64,000 nucleotides of DNA, from IMG/VR virus record IMGVR_UViG_3300022752_000016. The stretch is one strand, 5' to 3'. The translations under genes and the position numbers were made by a program. The stretch's first letter is position 1; each line of letters begins with the position of its first letter. The stretch comes from a virus. Lineage: Duplodnaviria; Caudoviricetes. The notes below the pieces were generated by a model. The model did no database searches and had not been told where the DNA came from. It saw only the letters and a program-made list of their open reading frames with translations. Of this stretch, positions 1 through 9,343 are shown in pieces.

Positions 1-1
1 A

Positions 2-637
2 AAAGTAATAGATGAGGTTCAAAGAAAAAACATACTACCACAGCATATTTCCATACTTACTGAAGTATGGAAGAAAAAACAAGACGAGTTTACAACTTTG
101 CTTAAAGGTAAAGATGGCCAATTAAATGAAGGCTATAGACATTTAACTAAAGTACAAATTAAAAATATTATCAAGTTTATTGAACAAGTCATTAGTGACC
201 TTAACAGCTATGTTAGTGTAAAAAAGGCTGCTAAGACTCCTAGGGCACGTAAGGCAATTCCTGTAGAAAAGCAAGTTGCTAAATTAAAATTTTTAAAAGA
301 ATACAAAGACCCTGCAATAAAACTAGACTTATTAAGTTTACATCCAGTAAAATTGCATGGAGCAACTGAGGCTTGGGTGTATGATACAGCAAAACGTAAA
401 TTACATCATTATGTAGCAGATGAATATAGTAAAACATTTAGTGTAAAGGGCAATACATTATTGGGCTTTTGTTCCAAACAAAGTGAAGTTAAAACTTTAC
501 GTAAACCTGCTGAACAAATTAAAGAAATTGTAGGTAGCAAGCCTGCCGCTAGAAAGTATTTTAAAGAAATTAAAGCAGTTAGTATTACTCCAAATGGAAG
601 ATTTAATGAAGCAATGGTAATTCTTAAAGCTTTTTGA
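2..637 (+). CDS. 5'-truncated conserved phage hypothetical protein (basic)
   Basis: Frame 2 is open from base 2 (KVIDEVQRKN...) through the tracked 98..637 ORF, so the real start lies upstream of the window. Confidence 0.75.
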   Translation, partial: KVIDEVQRKNILPQHISILTEVWKKKQDEFTTLLKGKDGQLNEGYRHLTKVQIKNIIKFIEQVISDLNSYVSVKKAAKTPRARKAIPVEKQVAKLKFLKEYKDPAIKLDLLSLHPVKLHGATEAWVYDTAKRKLHHYVADEYSKTFSVKGNTLLGFCSKQSEVKTLRKPAEQIKEIVGSKPAARKYFKEIKAVSITPNGRFNEAMVILKAF

Positions 638-649
638 CTAATGCAGCCT

Positions 650-657
650 GATAAATA
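650..657 (+). promoter_or_regulatory. T4-type late promoter-like motif GATAAATA
   Basis: Resembles the T4 late consensus TATAAATA; 18 nt upstream of the neck gene; the same motif recurs before many structural genes. Confidence 0.6.
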
Positions 658-675
658 CTCTAAAAGAGGATTATC

Positions 676-1461
676 ATGGCTGCTGATCTATTATCTACCC
701 CAACTAATTTAAATTTACAAGAACTCAAACAAGCTATTTTTGAAAATTGTAGACTTCGTTTAGGTGGTGATATAATTGATTTAGAGTTAGATCCGCAACA
801 TTATGAAGCGGCTTACAATTATACTATTAAGGTCTATAGACAGAGAGCACAAAATGCCACAATAGAATCATATACTTTAATGACCGTAATAAAAAACATT
901 GACACCTATACATTACCTAGTGAGTTTATAAATGTTCGTTCACTATTTCGTAGAACAGTTGGATTAGAAACAGGACCAAGTTCTACTGCATTCGACCCCT
1001 TTAGTAGTGCTATATTAAACACTTATTTGCTAAACTACAATTATACTGGTGGTATGGCAACTTATGATTTTTATGCAGGATATGTCGAATTGGCTGCACG
1101 TATGTTTGGAGGTTACGTAACTTATACTTTTAACCCTGTTACCAAAGTGCTAAGAGTTGTTAGAGATTTTAAAGGTACAGGAGAACGTATTTTAATATGG
1201 GCTGATGTTCAACGACCTGAAATTGAACTTTTACAAGATCCAGGAGCTGGAGTATGGATCGGTGATTTCATTTTATCACAACTTAAAATGATTATTGGCG
1301 AAGCAAGAGAAAAATTTGGTACGATTGCAGGTCCAAGTGGTGGCACCTCATTAAATGGAGCTGCTATGAAAGCAGAAGCTAAAGAAGCACAAACAGCATT
1401 ATTAGATCAACTTAAGAATTATGTTGATTACAGTCAACCTTTAACTTGGATACAAGGGTAA
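676..1461 (+). CDS. Neck/head-tail connector protein (T4 gp13-like)
   Basis: 'RLRLGGDIIDLELDPQHY', 'GEAREKFGTIAGPSGGTSLNG' and 'YVDYSQPLTWIQG' resemble gp13-like neck proteins of large myophages; good RBS (AGAGGA). Confidence 0.75.
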   Translation: MAADLLSTPTNLNLQELKQAIFENCRLRLGGDIIDLELDPQHYEAAYNYTIKVYRQRAQNATIESYTLMTVIKNIDTYTLPSEFINVRSLFRRTVGLETGPSSTAFDPFSSAILNTYLLNYNYTGGMATYDFYAGYVELAARMFGGYVTYTFNPVTKVLRVVRDFKGTGERILIWADVQRPEIELLQDPGAGVWIGDFILSQLKMIIGEAREKFGTIAGPSGGTSLNGAAMKAEAKEAQTALLDQLKNYVDYSQPLTWIQG

Positions 1462-1469
1462 ACTAGTAC

Positions 1470-1497
1470 TTGACTTTTTTCTGTAATATATTACACT
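1470..1497 (+). promoter_or_regulatory. Sigma70-like early/middle promoter TTGACT-N16-TACACT
   Basis: Near-consensus -35/-10 boxes directly upstream of the dNMP kinase. Confidence 0.5.
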
Positions 1498-1518
1498 AAT
1501 ATAAAAGAGGGGTTACTA

Positions 1519-2151
1519 ATGATTATTGGTGTTACTGGTCTTATCGGTAGTGGCAAAGATACTGTAGCAGATTATCTTTGCACGTTTCATGGGTTCAAAC
1601 GATTGAGTTTCGCAGCAAGTTTAAAGGATGCTATTTGTAGCGTATTTGGTTGGGATCGTGAAATGATAGAAGGAACAACAAAAACAAGTCGTGAATGGCG
1701 TGAAAAAGTTGATACATGGTGGGCAGAAAGATTAAATATGCCTCAACTTACTCCAAGATGGGTAATGCAATATTGGGGCACTGAAGTATGCAGAGAAGGA
1801 TTTCATCCTGACATTTGGGTAGCAAGCGTAGAGAATAAGTTAAGAAGTACAAAAGATAATATTGTGATTACTGATTGTAGGTTTATAAATGAAGTTACTG
1901 CAATTAAGAATGCAGGCGGTATTACTTGTAGAATAGAAAGAGGTAAGCGTCCTGATTGGTATGAATATGCAGAACAATACAATCTTGGGCCTTCGAAAAT
2001 AGGTTGGGCACTTGGGAAAAGTGAGCTTGTTAAACGTGGCATACATGCCAGTGAATATAGCAGCGTGGGGTTACACTATGATTTTACTATTGACAACAAC
2101 GGCTCAATTGATGACTTACATGAAAAAATAAAGTCAATAATCAACCTGTAA
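1519..2151 (+). CDS. Deoxynucleoside monophosphate kinase (T4 gp1-like)
   Basis: N-terminal P-loop 'IIGVTGLIGSGKDT', 'FAASLKDA', 'PRWVMQYWGTEVCR', 'VITDCRFINE', 'HASE'. Confidence 0.9.
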   Translation: MIIGVTGLIGSGKDTVADYLCTFHGFKRLSFAASLKDAICSVFGWDREMIEGTTKTSREWREKVDTWWAERLNMPQLTPRWVMQYWGTEVCREGFHPDIWVASVENKLRSTKDNIVITDCRFINEVTAIKNAGGITCRIERGKRPDWYEYAEQYNLGPSKIGWALGKSELVKRGIHASEYSSVGLHYDFTIDNNGSIDDLHEKIKSIINL

Positions 2152-2481
2152 GTCTCCTTTTATCCATGTTACATTTCTTTTTTTAACTACCTCTACACAG
2201 TTTAAACAAATTGAACGCAAGTTTATAAATTCAACATTTTTTAAATTACCATCTATATGGTATACAATAATTTGTGTAGCATAGCTTGCTTTAAAACCAC
2301 ATAAATCACATGTGGTTTTCTTTTTATATCCAGCTTTATCCCAGTTATATAGTCTGGGTTTAAGCTTTAATTTTTTTCTACCACAAGAATCACAAATAGA
2401 CCGAAAATGCTTAATTTGATTTTTAATATAATTAATAGCACAATAATTTTTATTGCAAGTTTTACATATAGGTCTTTTCAT
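2134..2481 (-). CDS. HNH-like Zn-finger protein (degenerate HNH)
   Basis: Several CxxC pairs plus 'YHIDGNLKN...NLRSICLNC'; the last His of the usual CxNCH is replaced by Val. Confidence 0.7.
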   Translation of the reverse strand: MKRPICKTCNKNYCAINYIKNQIKHFRSICDSCGRKKLKLKPRLYNWDKAGYKKKTTCDLCGFKASYATQIIVYHIDGNLKNVEFINLRSICLNCVEVVKKRNVTWIKGDLQVDY

Positions 2482-2486
2482 TGTAT

Positions 2487-2494
2487 TATTTATA
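2487..2494 (-). promoter_or_regulatory. Late promoter TATAAATA (minus strand)
   Basis: Exact T4 late consensus on the minus strand, 5 nt upstream of the HNH-like gene start. Confidence 0.55.
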
Positions 2495-2601
2495 AAAAAA
2501 CCTTCGAAGGCATAATGTAAGTGCTTTTTTTAACCTTTTAGCTAAATAATATTATGCGGTTAAGGTCGTAAACCTCATAATTTTACATAAAGGAAAAAGC
2601 A

Positions 2602-5600
2602 ATGGCACTATTATCACCAGGTGTAGAAGTAACTATTATTGATGAATCTCAGTACGCTCCTGCTTCTGCAGGAACAATACCTTTCTTTTTAATTGCAACA
2701 GCGCAGAACAAAGCACAACCTAATGGTGTAACTGTAGCCTCTGCAACAACTTTAGCTAATGCTAACAAGTTATATGCTGTTACAAGTCAACGTGACCTTG
2801 TAACATTGTATGGAACACCATTTTTCTATACAACAGTAGCAGGAACTCCTATACAGGGTTATGAACTTAATGAATACGGATTATTAGCAGCCTATTCTGC
2901 TTTGGGACTATGTAATAGAATTTATGTTTTAAGAGCAGATGTTAATTTGGCAAGTTTGATAGGACAGGCAGGGAGACCATCAGGAGCTCCTACAGATGGA
3001 TCATATTGGTTAAATACTACCTCAACCACATGGGGAATTTATGAATGGAATGCTACGACAGGTAAATTTACGCAAAAAACTCCTATTGTCATAGTAGATA
3101 GTGATAATCTTATTGGTGGATACCCCTCACCAACTTTGGGAAGCGTAGGAAGTTATGCAGTAAATGCTATTCCATCTGTGCCAAATAATACACCCTCTTT
3201 AACGCCTGTTCAATGGTTTTATAAAAATTCTTCAAATATTTGGACAGCTATTGGAGCATCAGACTGGGCTAATAGTTGGCCAATCGTTCAAGGAACGGCT
3301 ACGTTACCTACATTTACGAATGGAGATTCAATTACTATAAATCTAAATAATAAGTTTAGTAAAACATTTACAGCAGGAGCTTCTCCTAATAACAATATTC
3401 AATGGCTTACAACACAAATTAATAATTTAGGACTATCAAGCTTGATTGCAAATAGTATTAATGGAAAATTTGTATTATATTCAGCCCAAATTGAAAGTAC
3501 TAACAAAAACAGTTTCGTAGGGATTACAGGCACAGGAACGTTTTTGGCAGATTTAGGAGTATCAACAGGAAATTATTTTGTTCCAACTATATTTGCAGGC
3601 CCAAGTTCAAAACAACCATTATGGGCATCCAGTCAGACCACACCAAGACCTACAGGATCTGTATGGTTAAAAACAAGTAGCTCAGGAAACGGCTTTACTC
3701 CAGAATTTTATAGATATAATGCAATAACAAGAAGTTGGGAACCTAAAATTGTAAATTCAGTAACAAGTTTTCAAAATGCGACAGAGACATTAGCTGCAGG
3801 TGGTTTAGCGAGTGGTATTCCACAAGGTACCATTGCTTCTATATATAATTTTGTTTCTGTCCCAAATAATTATCAAACTTATAACTCTCCGTACTTTTTT
3901 ATTGAAAGATCAACTACAGGAGCAACAATTGTAACAGGATCTGTCTCAAATCCAAGTTTTACTACAGGCCCGTACGAAATAACTGTTGTGCCAACAGATG
4001 AAAATAATCAATACAGTGCATCTTACACAATTAATTTAGCAGATAATACTTTTGCAGAAGATTTTGTTGATGCATGGGTAGCAGCCGCTATTCCATATAC
4101 AACTGCCTCGGTTGACACAACAGGAAATATTGTAATCACACACACATTAGGAGGTGATATATTACTTAATGATATATTTACCACTGGTCCAAGTGTAGGA
4201 AATTCTAGTGGGTTTTTGAGTATAGCAGGATTTATACCTCAATCTACAGAATATGTTAGTTTAGGTTCGCTATATCCACAAGAATTTGTAGTTACTCAAT
4301 CTACAACTTCTGGAGTAGGCATTGACCTCTCTCTAACTATTTCAACTATGAACGGTACATATCTTTTAGGACCACAGGGTGATAATCCTTATTTAATTTC
4401 TTCGGGTTCAGGATATGCAGTTAATGATACGATTACATTTAATGGTTCGAAATTTGGTGGTTCAGTAGGTAATAATTTAATACTAAAAGTTATTAGCGTA
4501 GGTATTGGAGGATCTGTTACTGGGCTTGGGATAGTATCAGGCACAGCTCCTGCTTCTTATAACACAATTTTAAGCAATTGGGTTTTTGCAACATATGAAG
4601 CAAATGAAGGAGCTCCTGTAGCTAATCCAAGTGATGGAACTAATTGGTATTACAGTGTAGAGGACCAAGTCGATATAATGGTAAATTACAACGGAGCTTG
4701 GAAAGGATATAAAAATCAAAATTATGATATAAATGGTTTTCCAACACCATCAGGGTCAAATAGTACAGACCCAAATGGTCCAATTATTTCAGCCAGTGAA
4801 CCAACTGTACAAACCGATGGTACTCCTTTAGTATATGGAGATATATGGATAGATACTAGTGATTTAGAAAATTATCCTATTATAAGTAGATATCAGTTAG
4901 TGGATAGTGAGGATAAATGGGTATTAATTGATAATACTGATCAAACAAGTGGATCAGGAGTTTTATTTGCAGATGCTAGATGGGCAACAAATGGAACAAC
5001 AAATCCAGTAAATGATCCATTACCCACTATTAAAAGTTTGTTAACTAGTAATTATTTGGATTTAGACGCTCCCAGTAGCGAATCTTATCCTGTTGGTATG
5101 TTGTTATTTAATACTAGACGTTCTGGTTTTAACGTAAAACAATTTAAAGTAAATTATTTTAATAATACACGCTTCCCAGATCAAATATTACCAACACAAA
5201 AAGATGCATGGGTTACTATAAGTGGAAATCAAACCAATGGTGCTGCTTATATGGGTAGAAAAGCACAACGTGCAGTAGTTGTTCAATCTTTAAGGAGCGC
5301 TATTGATACAAACTTTGATGTTAGAGATGAAAGTTTCCCATTTACTTTGATGGCCACTCCTAACTACCCAGAATTACAACAAAACATGATTGTACTAAAT
5401 GCCGATAGAGGAGATACAGCCTTTATAGTAGGTGATACTCCAATGAGATTAAGTGATAGTGCAACTGCAATTTCAAGTTGGGCAATCAACTTAGCAGGAG
5501 CATCATCAACAGGTGAAGACGGTTTGGTTAATAGAAGCACTTACATGGGCTTATTTTATCCAAGTGGTTTAGCACCTGACTTTGAAGGTAATTTAGTTGC

Positions 5601-6201
5601 TGTTCCCCCTTCACATATGATGATGAGAACAATTATACGGAGCGACCAACTATCTTATCCTTGGTTCGCTCCTGCAGGTACAAGAAGGGGATTAATTGAT
5701 AACGCTACAGCATTGGGATATGTAAGTCCTGAAACAGGCGAATTCGTAACTGTAAGAACAAGAGTTGGTATCAGAGATGTTTTGTATGAAAATTCAATTA
5801 ATCCTTTAGTATTCTTTTCAGGTCAAGGTTTACTAAATTTTGGAAATAAAGCAAGTTTTGCTTCACAAAGTGCACTTGATAGAGTTAATGTAGCACGTTT
5901 AATTAATTATGTTAGAAGACAACTGGTATTATTATGTAGACCCTTTATTTTTGAACCAAATGATGCATTTACAAGATCACAGGTTCAAAATACAATAAGC
6001 GGATTAATGAATGAATTAGTAAGTTTACGAGGTATATATGATTATAGCGTAATATGTGATGATTCAAATAATACTCCTACAAGAATTGATAGGAATGAAT
6101 TATGGGTAGATGTAGCTTTACAACCTGTAAAAGCTATAGAATTCATATATGTTCCTGTAAGGATTTTGAATACAGGAGAAACGGTAACAAGTAATGTTTA
6201 A
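2602..6201 (+). CDS. Contractile tail sheath protein (gp18-like), enlarged by inserted domains
   Basis: 'LLSPGVEVTIIDES' N-terminus; C-terminal 'YPWFAPAGTRRG', 'INPL...G', 'LDRVNVARL', 'FEPNDAFTR', 'VICDDSNNTPTRIDRNEL', 'PVKAIEFIYVP'; RBS AAGGAA. Confidence 0.95.
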   Translation: MALLSPGVEVTIIDESQYAPASAGTIPFFLIATAQNKAQPNGVTVASATTLANANKLYAVTSQRDLVTLYGTPFFYTTVAGTPIQGYELNEYGLLAAYSALGLCNRIYVLRADVNLASLIGQAGRPSGAPTDGSYWLNTTSTTWGIYEWNATTGKFTQKTPIVIVDSDNLIGGYPSPTLGSVGSYAVNAIPSVPNNTPSLTPVQWFYKNSSNIWTAIGASDWANSWPIVQGTATLPTFTNGDSITINLNNKFSKTFTAGASPNNNIQWLTTQINNLGLSSLIANSINGKFVLYSAQIESTNKNSFVGITGTGTFLADLGVSTGNYFVPTIFAGPSSKQPLWASSQTTPRPTGSVWLKTSSSGNGFTPEFYRYNAITRSWEPKIVNSVTSFQNATETLAAGGLASGIPQGTIASIYNFVSVPNNYQTYNSPYFFIERSTTGATIVTGSVSNPSFTTGPYEITVVPTDENNQYSASYTINLADNTFAEDFVDAWVAAAIPYTTASVDTTGNIVITHTLGGDILLNDIFTTGPSVGNSSGFLSIAGFIPQSTEYVSLGSLYPQEFVVTQSTTSGVGIDLSLTISTMNGTYLLGPQGDNPYLISSGSGYAVNDTITFNGSKFGGSVGNNLILKVISVGIGGSVTGLGIVSGTAPASYNTILSNWVFATYEANEGAPVANPSDGTNWYYSVEDQVDIMVNYNGAWKGYKNQNYDINGFPTPSGSNSTDPNGPIISASEPTVQTDGTPLVYGDIWIDTSDLENYPIISRYQLVDSEDKWVLIDNTDQTSGSGVLFADARWATNGTTNPVNDPLPTIKSLLTSNYLDLDAPSSESYPVGMLLFNTRRSGFNVKQFKVNYFNNTRFPDQILPTQKDAWVTISGNQTNGAAYMGRKAQRAVVVQSLRSAIDTNFDVRDESFPFTLMATPNYPELQQNMIVLNADRGDTAFIVGDTPMRLSDSATAISSWAINLAGASSTGEDGLVNRSTYMGLFYPSGLAPDFEGNLVAVPPSHMMMRTIIRSDQLSYPWFAPAGTRRGLIDNATALGYVSPETGEFVTVRTRVGIRDVLYENSINPLVFFSGQGLLNFGNKASFASQSALDRVNVARLINYVRRQLVLLCRPFIFEPNDAFTRSQVQNTISGLMNELVSLRGIYDYSVICDDSNNTPTRIDRNELWVDVALQPVKAIEFIYVPVRILNTGETVTSNV

Positions 6202-6230
6202 AAATATGGGCTTATGCCCATATTTTTAAA
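6197..6230 (+). terminator. Perfect 15-bp inverted repeat (TTTAAAAATATGGGC-TTAT-GCCCATATTTTTAAA); probable terminator or processing hairpin
   Basis: Perfect stem with a 4-nt loop read directly from the sequence, between the sheath and tube genes. Confidence 0.7.
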
Positions 6231-6233
6231 ATA

Positions 6234-6241
6234 TATAAATA
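6234..6241 (+). promoter_or_regulatory. Late promoter TATAAATA
   Basis: Exact T4 late consensus 20 nt upstream of the tail tube ATG at 6262. Confidence 0.7.
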
Positions 6242-6261
6242 TAAAATCAGGAGAATTTTTC

Positions 6262-6888
6262 ATGGCAATATCAACATTAAACAATCTGTCAGTATATGGG
6301 TCAGATGGAGGAACAGGAAATCAAACTTTATTGATGCCAAAACTTCAATACAGGTTTAGAGTAGAATTTTTAAATTTTGGATTTTTAACAGATAGTTCAG
6401 GTTCTTTGGCACTTACAAGACAGGTAATGGATGTTAGTAGACCACAAGTACAATTTGACGATATTACATTAAATGTATATAATTCAAGAATTTACTTGGC
6501 AGGTAAGCATACATGGCAACCATTAACTATTAATGTTAGAGACGATAATGCTGGGCAAGTTCAAAGAACTGTTGGTCAGCAATTGCAAAAGCAAATTGAT
6601 TTTAATAATCAAGCATCAGCAGCGGCAGGGGGAGATTATAAGTTTACTACAATAATAGATATTCTTGATGGTGGAAATGCACTTGCTGCCCCAGTAATTT
6701 TAGAATCATGGGAACTGTATGGTTGCTATATACAACAAGCAAACTATCAAACTTTGAATTATGCAACAAGTGATGCGGTTACAATCGCACTTACTTTAAG
6801 ATATGATAATGCTCTACAAGTACCAGAAAATTCAGGAGTTGGACAACCAGTAGCAAGAGCAAGAGGCGATTTAGCTACAAATGGCTAA
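6262..6888 (+). CDS. Tail tube protein (gp19-like)
   Basis: 'LMPKLQYRFRVEF', 'YLAGKHTWQPLTINVRDD', 'WELYGCY', 'LTLRYDNA'; follows the sheath; start moved to ATG 6262 behind RBS GGAG. Confidence 0.9.
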   Translation: MAISTLNNLSVYGSDGGTGNQTLLMPKLQYRFRVEFLNFGFLTDSSGSLALTRQVMDVSRPQVQFDDITLNVYNSRIYLAGKHTWQPLTINVRDDNAGQVQRTVGQQLQKQIDFNNQASAAAGGDYKFTTIIDILDGGNALAAPVILESWELYGCYIQQANYQTLNYATSDAVTIALTLRYDNALQVPENSGVGQPVARARGDLATNG

Positions 6889-7696
6889 TATTACTCTTAG
6901 AGATTATCAACACGCAGGTATTATATTTAGGAGTAATTTATATAAAAATGCTCCTAAATATAAATTTTTGTTTCATGTTTATTTTGAAATTAATTCTGAG
7001 GCATACAACAAAAATTTAAACACAGGAGATAACTACGGATTATTTGTAAAAAATATAAAACTTCCAAGTTATACATTTAAAACATCAGTTATGAACCAGT
7101 ATAATAGAAAAAGAATTATACAAACAAAAATTAATTATGAGCCTGTAACAATAACCTTTCATGATGATAATTTTAGTAGAGTAACTAAAATGTGGGAAGC
7201 TTACTACAAATACTATTATGCTGATGGCTTGCAACCTCAAGTTAAAATTGGAACAGGTGTAGCAAGTAATTCAAATTCTATTAATGGTGCAGGTGGTACT
7301 ACTACTACAAATGGAGTAGCTGACTATAATAAAAGAACTCAATATTTAGATTCTATAACAGGACAAGTTAACTGGGGATATTCAGGAGAGGCAAATTTAG
7401 GAATTAAAGTACCTTTTTTTAAGAATATTACAGTGTTTGGTTTTTTTATGGATAATTACACAGCTTACACTTTAATAAACCCTTTAATAACTAATTTTCA
7501 ACATGATCAGTACAATTATGATGAAGGAAACGGTACGATGACTAATACAATGACCTTAGATTATGAAACTGTAGTATATAACTATGGTAGTTTACAAGGA
7601 AAAACTGCTAGTGACATTATAACAGGATTTGGATTAACTGGATCCTATGATACTACAAAAAAACAAAATTACACTACAAGAACTGCTGCAAGATGA
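6881..7696 (+). CDS. Second tail-tube-fold protein (tube initiator/baseplate-tube junction, gp19/gp54-like)
   Basis: 'VKNIKLPSY', 'YEPVTITFHDD', 'MTLDYETVVY' mirror tube-fold motifs; adjacent to the tube gene. Confidence 0.65.
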   Translation: MANITLRDYQHAGIIFRSNLYKNAPKYKFLFHVYFEINSEAYNKNLNTGDNYGLFVKNIKLPSYTFKTSVMNQYNRKRIIQTKINYEPVTITFHDDNFSRVTKMWEAYYKYYYADGLQPQVKIGTGVASNSNSINGAGGTTTTNGVADYNKRTQYLDSITGQVNWGYSGEANLGIKVPFFKNITVFGFFMDNYTAYTLINPLITNFQHDQYNYDEGNGTMTNTMTLDYETVVYNYGSLQGKTASDIITGFGLTGSYDTTKKQNYTTRTAAR

Positions 7697-7962
7697 ATAT
7701 TGAAAATTCAACAAATTTAAATGCCTCAAATGCCATTAATAATCAAATTGCATTTTATGATCGTACTACTAATTTAGTAAACAGAAAATTTGAATTTCCA
7801 ACAGTAAATTTATTATTTGCAGAATCTATGTTAATAAGTAATAATGTATCAAGGGCAAATTTTTTTGAAATACCTGGTCCTTGGGGCAGTACTCCAAGTT
7901 TTTCAGGTATAGCAGGTTCGCCTACTGTAGGCGTAATTCAAAATCCTCAAAAAATTGGATAA
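7693..7962 (+). CDS. Hypothetical protein (possible -1 frame continuation of the upstream gene)
   Basis: ATGA overlap with the upstream gene; 89 aa. Confidence 0.55.
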   Translation: MNIENSTNLNASNAINNQIAFYDRTTNLVNRKFEFPTVNLLFAESMLISNNVSRANFFEIPGPWGSTPSFSGIAGSPTVGVIQNPQKIG

Positions 7963-7966
7963 ATAA

Positions 7967-8329
7967 ATGGCAACTATTATTGATAGAAGAAACATTGATA
8001 GAACGATTGCAATTTATGACAGTTTTTATGCTGTATCTTTCACAGTTGAGGCAAATAAATTTGATGTAGTTTTTAGTTTTTTTTATGAAACCAGTAAAAA
8101 TAAAGAAATAGCGGGTAATTTTACTGTAGTTTTATTAAGAATAGCAGAATTTACAAATATTGATGTATTAACTCTTTTAAACCAAATTAAGGGAGTAGCT
8201 TCGGAAAAGTTGGCTATTACTAAGCAATTAGCCTATTATTTAAATAGTTTTAAATCAAAGACATCTTTATATGGTGTTGGAAGAATAGTTTCCCCTAACA
8301 TCCCTGTTTCACGAAATATAGTTATTTAA
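7967..8329 (+). CDS. Hypothetical virion-associated protein
   Basis: 120-aa ORF preceded by GATAAATA (7958-7965) in the tail operon. Confidence 0.7.
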   Translation: MATIIDRRNIDRTIAIYDSFYAVSFTVEANKFDVVFSFFYETSKNKEIAGNFTVVLLRIAEFTNIDVLTLLNQIKGVASEKLAITKQLAYYLNSFKSKTSLYGVGRIVSPNIPVSRNIVI

Positions 8330-8331
8330 GT

Positions 8332-8766
8332 ATGGGCAAATGGGCACAAGGTACATATAAGCCTAAAAATCCTTCCAAATATATAGGTAAGCATGATCCA
8401 AAATATCGTAGCGGTTGGGAACTTACATTTATGACATTTTGCGATACAAATAAAAATGTTTTATATTGGGCAAGTGAGGCACTTATTATTCCTTATGTGA
8501 ATCCAGTGACTGGTAAAAAAACAAATTATATACCTGATTTTTTTGTTGTGTATGAAAATAAATATGGAAAAAAACTTGCAGAAGTTGTCGAAATAAAGCC
8601 AAAAAAGCAAAGTTTAATAGAAAGCAAGGTAAGTAGTGCTAAAGATAGGGCTGTTGTAGCTATTAATCATGCTAAATGGGCAGCAGCAATGGGATACTGT
8701 AAAAGTCAAGGGTATTCTTTTAGAGTAATTACTGAATACGATTTGTTCAGGAACGGAAAGGCATAA
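8332..8766 (+). CDS. Head completion nuclease (T4 gp4-like, TnsA-N/PD-(D/E)xK fold)
   Basis: 'GTYKPKNPSKYIG', 'YRSGWE', 'YIPDFFV', 'VEIKP', 'KWAAA', 'FRVITE'. Confidence 0.9.
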   Translation: MGKWAQGTYKPKNPSKYIGKHDPKYRSGWELTFMTFCDTNKNVLYWASEALIIPYVNPVTGKKTNYIPDFFVVYENKYGKKLAEVVEIKPKKQSLIESKVSSAKDRAVVAINHAKWAAAMGYCKSQGYSFRVITEYDLFRNGKA

Positions 8767-8836
8767 TTAAAAGTGGTGTGTCTTCGGAGAAAGTAAAATA
8801 CATATTGTATAATATAGACCGAATAAATAATTATAA

Positions 8837-9319
8837 ATGACAAAAAAATTAGAAGAATTATTTGAATTAGCCACTTCCGAAAAAAATGATTTGGTGGAAC
8901 CTTTGCCTCAACAGACGGCTGAAATAACACAGTCTGCGTTAGATAGTTTACAAAAAATAGAAACTGCTTTGCCTCAAGTTCGTGGTTTAGAAACTGCGGA
9001 TGTAGAAATGGATGAGTTAGTAGAATTAGCTAAAGATAGTTATAAAGACCTGATGGATCTCGGGATGCAAGTTGATAGCAGATTTAGTGCAGAAATCTTT
9101 GGGGTAGCTGGTACAATGTTAGGACATGCAATAACTGCTAAAACAGCTAAAGTAAATAAAAAACTTAAAATGATTGAATTGCAACTTAAAAAAGCAGCAC
9201 TTGACGCTAAATTAAACCCTGTTGAAAAAGATATTTCTAATGTTCCATTAGGTAATGGGCAAGCCTTAGACCGTAACGAATTGTTAAAAATTCTAAACGG
9301 AAAAAATAACCTTAATTGA
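8837..9319 (+). CDS. Probable terminase small subunit (gp16-like)
   Basis: Helical 160-aa protein; 'SRFSAEIFGVAGTML...KLKMIELQLKK' loosely parallels the gp16 'PRAYEV..L..L..LQ' pattern; position next to the head completion gene. Confidence 0.45.
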   Translation: MTKKLEELFELATSEKNDLVEPLPQQTAEITQSALDSLQKIETALPQVRGLETADVEMDELVELAKDSYKDLMDLGMQVDSRFSAEIFGVAGTMLGHAITAKTAKVNKKLKMIELQLKKAALDAKLNPVEKDISNVPLGNGQALDRNELLKILNGKNNLN

Positions 9320-9325
9320 TAAATA
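9318..9325 (+). promoter_or_regulatory. Late promoter-like GATAAATA
   Basis: 18 nt upstream of the 9344 ORF. Confidence 0.55.
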
Positions 9326-9343
9326 TAATATAGGGACCTGAAT

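Noticed and set aside
8332-8766. TnsA-like transposase / Tn7 element
   Set aside because: The motifs match the T4 gp4-type head-completion nuclease in a morphogenesis operon; there are no tnsB/C genes or terminal repeats.
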